Below, one piece after another: positions 55,795 through 64,000 of a stretch of DNA of 64,000 bases. Source of the stretch: Octopus vulgaris (lineage: Eukaryota); NCBI GenBank assembly GCA_951406725.2, contig OX597818.1, positions 76,508,001 through 76,572,000 of the forward strand. Reading direction: 5' to 3'. Each line of letters opens with the position of its first letter. The stretch's first letter is position 1. The notes beneath the pieces are model-generated. The model was not told where the DNA came from and made no database searches. It saw nothing but the letters and a program-made list of their open reading frames with translations. Made by a program: the position numbers and the translations under genes.

Positions 55795-57590
55795 AAGGGC
55801 ATTGGAAGGATTGTTAGAGCATTGAACAAAATACCTTGCAAATGTTTCTCCTAGCTCTTTGAATTTTAAGTTAAGTCCAGTGTAGGTCAACTTGCCTTTC
55901 CTCCCTTTAGAGTCGATTAGATAAAATACCAGTCAGATACTGGGTCATAGTAGTAACTAACACCCTCCTCTTCAAAATTGCTGGCCTTGTTCCTAAATCA
56001 GAAACTACTATTATTGGTAGGGATCTGGCAAAATTGTTGAAGTGTCAGAAAAAATATTCTTTCTGTGATATTTTTTCCCATTTTTTTACTTTTTGAGTTC
56101 AAATCTTGTTGAAGTCAACTTTGATTTTCATCTTTCCAGAGTTGATAAAATAAAGTGCAAGTAGCAGGGTCGATGAGATTGACGAAACCTTTCCCTCAAA
56201 ATTGCTAGCCTTGCACCTGAATCAGCAACTATTATTATTTCAAAAGTTTTTGTATCTCACCCCTATGATGGAATTTAGGTGGGTTTACTCTTAGATAACA
56301 AGTCACCACCTGTAACCTCCGTCATCCAAAGATTTGCAAATGATCTACACTGTTCCTAAGAAGTAGGCAAGTTTCATGTATTCAATATGCTTCTGCTAGC
56401 CAATCTTTTCTGACTACTTGAGCCTCTTCCACATTGTTCTTAAGGCTCCAATGATGATGATGATATTATTATTATTGTTATTATCTAAGGCAGCAAGGTG
56501 GCAGAATTGTTATCTCACCAGGTGAAATGCTTAGCAGTATTTCATCTGCCACTACTTTCTGAGTTCAAATTCCACCAAAGTTGACTTTGCCTGTCATCCT
56601 TTTGGGGTTAATAAGTTAAATACCAGTTGTGTACTAGGGTCGATGTAATTGATTTAGTCCTTCCCTCAAAATTTCAGGCCTTGTGCCTATAGTAGAAAGG
56701 ATTATTATTATTATTATTCTATGTTTGACTTTTGCCTTACATTTGTTCAAATTGGCTCCAAGTCTCACCCAGAGACCTTAAGAGACAACAAGTTGGAAGT
56801 TCATGTTGGTGTTATGCCTAGGGTGCCATATATTTGGTTTTGTACTTAGTGTTGTACTTGTGAATGTCTAAAAAAGCATACAAAAATTATGTTTGTTTTA
56901 AAACTTGAAATTACATAGAAAGTATTTTGCATAGGATATGAGCAGTTCCCATGAGCACTATCTTTTGAATTTCTGTCATTTTTGGGTTTCCTGGTATCTG
57001 AGTTAGGTAGCGATCAGCCCCTTTTGCTATCATTCCCAGGGCACCTATGACAACAGGTATTGATTTAGTCTTCAGGTTCAACATATTGCTTATTTCTATT
57101 TCAAGATCTTTGTATTTGCTCAGATTTTGGTAGGTCTTGACAGATATGTTTATATCGATTGGGACAGTCATATCAATGAGGAGGCATGTTTTTTGTCTGA
57201 AGTCTTTCAATATGAAGTCTGGCCTATTCGCATCTATCTTTCTGTCAGTTTGAATGGTGAAGTTCCAGAGGAGTGAGATGTGGTCATTTTCAAGCACTGG
57301 AAGTGGTTTGTGTTCCCACCAGTTTTTTATCGTGGGGCAAGTCCAGGCTTTTGAAAATTACCCAGTGAATATATTGTGCAGCTCTATCATGCCTGTTGAA
57401 ATACTCTGTAGGTGCAAGAAGACTGCACTTGGAGACAACATGATCAATGGTTTCATTTTGTTGTTGACATACACGACATGTTGGGCTACTGCCGTTCTTT
57501 AATATGTTAGCCTTGTAGTTCCTTGTAGGTAGGCATTGATCTTGAGCTGCTATGATAAACCCTTCTGTTTCAGATTTTAAGCCAGAGACC

Positions 57591-57622
<32 letters not shown>

Positions 57623-58500
57623 AGGCAGTGAGCTGGCAGAATCATTAACATGCTGGACAAAATGCTTAGCAGTATTTAGTCTGTCGCTGCATTCTGAGTT
57701 CAAATTCCACCAAGGTCGACTTTGCCTTTTATCCTTTTGGGGGTTGATTAATTGAGAACCAGTCAAGTATAATGACTACCCCCTCCCCCCAAATTCCAGG
57801 CCCTATGCCTATAGTAGAAAGGATTATTATTATTATATAAGGCAGCGAGCTGGCAGAATTGTTAGCATGCCAGGTGAAATGCTTAGTGGTATTTTGTCTG
57901 CTGATACCTTCTGAGTTCAAATTCCACTGAGGTTCACTTTGCCTTTCATCCTCTCAGGGTCAATAAAATAAGTACCAGTTAAACAGTAGGGTCTATGTAA
58001 TCAATTCATCCCCTCCCCCAAAATTGCTGCCTTTGTGGCAAAAGTTGAAACTATTAGTATTATTATTATAGCAGTAACCTAGCAGAGTTATTAGCATACT
58101 GGACAAAATGCTTAGTGGCATTTCATCTATCTGTGTTTTGAGTTCTAATTCCACTGAGGTCATCCTTGCTTTTGTCCTTTCAGGGCTGATGAAATAAGTA
58201 CCAGTCACGCACTGGAGTCAATGCAATCAACTAGCTCCCTCCCACAAAATTCCAACTCTTGTGCCTTCAGTAGAAAGGATTATTGTTATTAAGCTGGCAG
58301 AATCATTAGAGTGTCTGATGTAATGTTTAGCTGGCTCTTTATGTTCTAAACTCAAATCTCAATGAGGTCAGCTTTGCTTTTCATCCTTTCAGGACCAATA
58401 AAATAAGTGCTAGTCAAGCACTAGGGTTGATGTAATTAACTAACCCGCTTCCCACTAAAATTGCTGGCTTTGTACCAAAACCTGAAACCATTGTTGTTGT
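55795..58500 (+). mobile_element. Head-to-tail cluster of about 7 family B (Meta-domain-like) tRNA SINEs separated by (TTA)n
   Basis: Copies start at about 55795, 56015, 56487, 57622, 57839, 58070 and 58291. Each has gagttcaaattc...gactttgcctttcatcctttc.gggtc.ataaa..aagtaccagt or a diverged version of it. Confidence 0.85.
56719..57590 (-). mobile_element. 5'-truncated R4/Dong-like non-LTR retrotransposon (CCHC knuckle and restriction-like endonuclease) inserted in (TAA)n
   Basis: ETEGFIIAAQDQ, CRVC...ETIDHVVSKC, RHD, NRPDFIL...LLIDMTVP...KYKDL, PVVIGALG. One frameshift. (TTA)n on both flanks. Confidence 0.9.
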
Positions 58501-60736
58501 TAGTATTATTGTTATTGCCTGCCGTAAAAGCACATCACATGAAACATTTTCATGTCATGGAACCTCAAATGTTAAAACTGTTTGGCATGTCATTCTCAAA
58601 ACGTTGTCATCTACAAAGACTCTAACATATTTTCAAAAAATTCCTTCCAAACAATATATTAAGTAATATCTATGTTCTAAGAGCAAACTGGAACACTTGT
58701 TGAAGTTTTGCATCAATTTCAAATCTCTGTAAGGTCAAAATATTTCAATAACATGTAGGAATGCTAGTGTCTTCAAAACTCAGCATGTCTCCACAGCTAC
58801 ACAGCTGGATTTTTCTATGTAAAAAGACAGAAAAAAAAGGGAAAAGGAATTAAGAAAAATCATGCTTAACTTCGAAGGTTTTAATGTTTATTATTTTCCA
58901 GACAACTTGATCATTAAAGATGTTTGCATCAGTATCATTTCTGACTGCCATCAAGCATCTTTTTCTTGGACTTGTATGTTGTCTTAGTGGTCTAGTGGAT
59001 AAGTACATTATTATCTTTTGTCTAATAATCAAGGTTCCTAGTTCAAATATAGTTAGGTACTGCAGAATAAAACATTCAGTGATGATCAGACGTCAAGTTG
59101 TTTAATGCGAATGAATATTAAATATTTTAATGTTTAATATTAAGGAATATTACAGGCACAAAATAATTTACAGGCACAAAAATATGTTTGTGTCTCCATG
59201 TCTTGATATTGTGATCTAACTGTAAACAAATGCCACCTTTATGAAGTATTGCATTTGTTTGCAGTTATCTGGAAAAAATGTTTGGCCTTTGTAATGTTTG
59301 TGTTTGCAAGTTTGCCTGGAAACGTGTGAGGTGGTTAACAAGAGGAAGAGCATCTGGTCAAAGAAAATGTGTCCCTGAATTTCATCTGACCTAAGTGTGG
59401 AAAAGTGGATGTTAAAACTGTGATGTTGATGGTGGCATTGAAAGCTTTAGGTGTGAAACCTGCCTTATGTCTTGTAGGATAGTCTCTTATTCTCAGTGCT
59501 ACTGATATAAAACAATTCAATATATAAGATGTCCCCTTATACTCATCATTGTATTCCATTTCTTTCAACTGTGGCTCTAACCAAGTATAAGCGTGCAAAT
59601 CCAAATAGCCAGTCAACTGCGTGTGTGTTGGGCAGTGAATTAGATCTTTTACTGTCATTTGCATTAATTAACTTGTTTTCGTTTCTTTTACTGATCTCGT
59701 TTTTTCTTTCTTTCTTTTCTGTAAATAATAAACGAGACAGTAAGAGACTTGATAAAGAATGTCGGACAGGTTGGAACACTATTTTTTGATTATTTTTTTG
59801 TTTAGGAGATTAATGAAGAAAATTACCAAAGTATTTATTATCTTTGTCTTTTAGTTTAACTAAATGTTTAGTTCTGAATCTGGACCTAAATGATAATATA
59901 GAATAAGACAGCTGTGCAGATAATTAAAGAGTTTCAGCATTTGTTAATTTCTTGTCAACTAATTTCTATACTTTTTTCTCCCTATACCTGCTTCAATACT
60001 CTCCCTCTCCCCCTCTCTCTTTGTTTCCTTTATGTGAAATGGAAATGTAAGAACCATGTCAAGCTATTTACAAAAGCGTAACAAAACACAGAAAAATACA
60101 ACTTTGAAGCTAAATAGTTCAGTTTAACAACTGTGCAAAAATAACTGGACTGTTATGTAATAAGAAATGGTGGTGCTGAGGGTGGGTGTGATGATGATGG
60201 TTTGATGATGGTGACGGTGGTGTGCAGGTGGGTGTTTAAATGGTGGTGTAGTGTTAGATGTGATGGTAATACTTTTGATGGCAGTGGTTTTGGTTGTGGT
60301 GGTGGATATGACACTGGTGGAGGTGGTGGTAGTGATGATGTTGGTATTAGTAACAAATTGGTGACAGGGCCCTTGAGATATTGTATTATGTCAAATTGAA
60401 ATGTATAAGGATATTCTAAATTTGCTGCACTTGTTTTCTAATTTTAACTAGTTGCAGCATCAGCAGCAGTAATAGTAGTAGTGATAGTGTTGGTCATGAT
60501 TGTGGGTGGGGAAATTGTGTTAATGAAACTTTATACCATAACATTATCTTTTCATATACATTTTACCTAATTGTTAGTGTTGCAAATTTGTTATAATGCC
60601 AACAATTCAATATTGGTGATAATTAAGCATATGTTGTCACATGCACACAGATGTGTATATATGCCTTCACCTCTGCTAATGTTTTTAAAAGTTCATTGCT
60701 TCATGGAAAAAATTATTCTTGAGACACCAAAATATT

Positions 60737-60951
60737 GGCTTCAAACTTTGGCACAAGGCCAGCAAATTCGGGGAAGTGGATAAGTTGATTACATTGACCC
60801 CAGTATCCTGCTGGTACTTATTTTATCGGCCCTGGAATGATGAAAGACAATGTCAACCTCGGGAGAATTTGAACTCAGAATGTAAAGAAGGACGAAATGC
60901 TACTAAGCATTTTGCTTGGCATGCTAATGATTCTGCCACCTTCCCACCTTC
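60737..60951 (-). mobile_element. SINE family B copy with a 17-bp TSD
   Basis: tgagacaccaaaatatt at 60720-60736 and 60952-60968. Confidence 0.85.
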
Positions 60952-61060
60952 TGAGACACCAAAATATTAATAATTATTCTGTATTGTAAGTTCACCAGTA
61001 ATTGTTCTAAAACCAAATGTTTACAGTGCAGCCTGTAGTCTTTAATCCTGATTGCCATAA

Positions 61061-61344
61061 CCCTTTAGCATTCAGATTACTCTGTCAAATGTAATGCTTC
61101 TTTATTCACATTGTTTTCAATTAATCAAGCATTAATTGTTTAATCAAGCATTAATTGTTATGATGCTTTACTCACATTGTTTTGAATTAATCAAGCGTTC
61201 TCACAGTTTTGAGATTTCAATAATGTGACTGTTTATTTTTAGAATGATATTGTAGGGTAGGTGTGAGAGCCTGGATCTGGTCAGTTTGAACATAAAACTG
61301 GCAGAATATTTAGGCTGGATAGGGCCGGTTTAAATGCTAAAGGA
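61061..61344. mobile_element. piggyBac-type MITE with a small internal duplication
   Basis: ccctttagcattcagattac ... aaatgctaaagga|ttaa, homologous to 5057-5254. Confidence 0.7.
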
Positions 61345-61739
61345 TTAATTTCTCAATACACTGTCGAAGGAAATACAAAGGCTTCTTAGCAGAATTTCTA
61401 AAAGCACTCAGTCTTATATACTTTTTACCATTAATCTGACGACCTTATCATCAGTTGGCTAAAGTCAGTTCATACTAACTGAAAATATATGCCACTTCCA
61501 GTTAGTGAACAATTAGCATTTGCAATGAGTACACAAGATATGTCCCCCCCCCATCATCTTTTGACAACCAGTGTTGGTGTGTTTGCATCCCTGTAACTTA
61601 GTGGTTTGGCTAAAGAGATCAATAAAATAAGTACTAGACTTAAGAAATAAGTCCTAGTGTCAGTTTGTTCAATTAAAACCTTTCAAAGTAGTGCTCTTGC
61701 ATGACTGCAGTCAAATGACTGGAACAAGTTTTAAAGAAA

Positions 61740-61772
<33 letters not shown>

Positions 61773-61775
<3 letters not shown>

Positions 61776-62086
61776 AGGCGCAATAGCCCAGTGGTTATGG
61801 CAGCGGACTCGCGGTCGGAGAATTGCGGTTTCGATTCTCAGACCGGGCGTTGTGAGTGTTTATTGAGCGAAAACACCTAAAGCTCCACGAGGCTCCAGCA
61901 GGGGGGTGGTGGCAAACCCTGCTGTACTCTTTCGCCACAACTTTCTCTCACTCTTTCTTCTGTTGGCCTGCTCGCTTAGCCAGCGGGGTGGCGTCATTTG
62001 AAGGCTAAAAACAATGCAAAGCGCATTGTGACCGGCGATGTGTAGCAACATCTGATAGCCTGGTCGGTCACGGTGATCACGGTGAT
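61773..62086 (+). mobile_element. tRNA-derived SINE family C, young and CpG-rich, inserted in (TA)n
   Basis: tRNA-like head ggaggcgcaatagcccagtggtta...ggtttcgattc and tandem tail tcacggtgatcacggtga. (TA)n on both flanks. Confidence 0.8.
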
Positions 62087-62149
62087 ATATATATATATAT
62101 ATATGACAAACTGTTATCGCAAAAAAAAAAAAGCAGATGTAAAATTATA

Positions 62150-63170
62150 ATGACATTTCATTTTAGTTTTGTTGTTGTTCTGGGTTGTCTGTGTTTCAGC
62201 TCCTTCCTGCAGCTTAGAGCTGCAACACTTCCCCAGCTTAGACATGCAACACATATACTGTTCCAAATATGGCCACCAACTATGTGTTTCCAGTGATACC
62301 TGATACAACTTACCAAGTTTTTGCTTCCTTTGAGATGGTTCTGAGTGCACACATTACAATGGGTGTCACACTCACTCTTGATTCTCTATGAATATGCTCC
62401 ACTTCAAATGCCAAGTCTTGATACCTTTTCACTTCTTCATTCAATGTCTTCACAATGTTCTGATCTGCAGGTACTGTTATGTCAATGAGGATGCATTCTC
62501 ATTTCTGGTCAATTATGTTGCAGCTTCATATGCATGTAGATAGTCATATTCCAGTTGGGTTTCATTTGATCATTGTTAGTGACTCACAATGATTGGTGTT
62601 TGTGCCACTTGTTAGTACAAGGGGACACTGAAAAGTTCCTGGCTTTAAGATATTGTGAAAGGCCTGGTTGGAAGCCCAACCATCTGAGAATTTTTACAAG
62701 ACTTAGAAAAACTGAAGGACCATTGCAATAAAAGTGTGTGAGTCTGAGAGTGAAATATGTTGAATAAGATCATAACTGATCCTTGTGTATTTTCTTTTAC
62801 TCAAAGTCAGGAACTCTTCAGCACCCCCTCGTACACTCTTGCCTACACATCCTGCATGTCTTCCCATGTACTCACTTTTTCATGGCATTCTTTTGTACTC
62901 CATCCAGGCTAGTTTTGAACACCCACTAACTACATGTCAAATTGTTTCAGATGTTTCTACACAATCTACACAGTATTATTTCTGATGTCTTGTCCATGCT
63001 GTACTTGAATGCATTAGTTTGTAAACTTGTTCTTGCACAAGTTTCAAGCCTTCTGTCTTCTTTGAAAATCCATGACTTAGCCATCTCCAGGATTCTTTAT
63101 CAGATACATCTGATGTTTGTTAGACACTTTCCATGTTGAACTTTCTCTTTACAGTTATATTGGTGAACTT
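62150..63170 (-). mobile_element. Decayed R4/Dong-like LINE 3' part, interrupted by a mariner MITE
   Basis: Minus strand ECILIDITVPADQNIVKTLNEEVKRYQDLAFEV (RLE motif). Confidence 0.6.
62618..62831. mobile_element. Tc1/mariner-type MITE
   Basis: TA|caaggggacactgaaaagttcctggcttt ... aaagtcaggaactcttcagcaccccctcg|TA. Confidence 0.75.
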
Positions 63171-64000
63171 TTTCTCATCAGTCCTCTTTTTTTACTGTTG
63201 TTGCTGTTGTTGTTATGTGGAAAGCTGGCTGAATCATCAGCATTCCAGGTAAAATGCTTAGCAGCATTTCGTTTGTCTTTACATTCTGAGTTCAAATTCC
63301 GTCAAGGTTGACTTTAGCCATCATCCTTTCGGGGTCAATAAATTAACTACCAGTGAAACACTGGGCTTAATGTAATCAACTAGTCTCTCCCACCCAGATT
63401 TCAGGCTTGGTGCCTTTAGTAGAAAGGATTATTATTATTATTATCCTCATCAGTGCTGCTACTGATGTTGACAATAGTGGCATCAGAATGTAGTAGTAGT
63501 AGTAGTAGTAGTACCGTACTTTGAAAACAGCAACTAGGAAAACAAATTAGCTTTCCTAGTTGGTAAATTAATTTAGATTCGTTTAGTGGAGAAATGTATG
63601 ATAAGATCTGAGGTATATGCAAAATATGTTTAACTCTTGAAGTCTAATGTGCTGACTAGTTCTGCTAATTCAAATAGGTAGAAATTTCTTTCCTTTTTCC
63701 AGTCAATTTAGAATATAAAGATGGAATTATATATACATCTCTATATAATAATAACAGCTGATATGGTCATTAACTGGTTGATTGGTTTATTTAGTGATAT
63801 TATATGTCGTTAATAGAGAGTGAGGAGGAAGTGAGAGGAAGACACACAACCTCAGACTTTGCACAATGTACTGGATGTGTTGTTCATAATACCACCACTA
63901 GAGTGATCACTTCCTTGACATGACTAAAAGAACCTCACAATTTTGTGTCTAAATATACTCATACACATGCCTGTATGCACATACACACACCTGTTTGTGT

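Noticed and set aside
61773-61850. Possible tRNA gene
   Set aside because: No proper acceptor stem or terminator. It continues into a SINE body and tandem tail.

Overview
AT-rich, repeat-dense animal genomic DNA. The SINE, LINE and microsatellite repertoire looks like Octopus (inference). The only clear host gene is the first coding exon of a salt-inducible kinase (SIK3-like; + strand, 38517-38684, GT donor at 38685) in a CpG-retaining promoter. I found no second exon, so the rest of the window appears to be its first intron (>25 kb). Nearly all other long ORFs are transposon remnants or microsatellite translations. The transposons are: several copies of an RTE-clade LINE with a C4HC3 PHD-type zinc finger inside the RT; a second RTE family with a twin-priming-type 5' inversion; R4/Dong-like LINEs; CR1-like fragments; Penelope-like GIY-YIG remnants with minimal hammerhead motifs; a 3.6-kb hAT with TIRs and an 8-bp TSD; mariner, hAT and piggyBac-type MITEs; non-autonomous Helitrons; and at least three tRNA-derived SINE families. 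The most notable observations are the PHD-in-RT architecture, five hammerhead-like motifs (one in a tRNA-headed SINE), a head-to-tail array of seven SINEs joined by (TTA)n with a Dong-like LINE inside, and a SINE/LINE pair sharing a covarying 3' stem-loop. The 44-53 kb (TA)n zone around the 100-N gap is probably partly misassembled.
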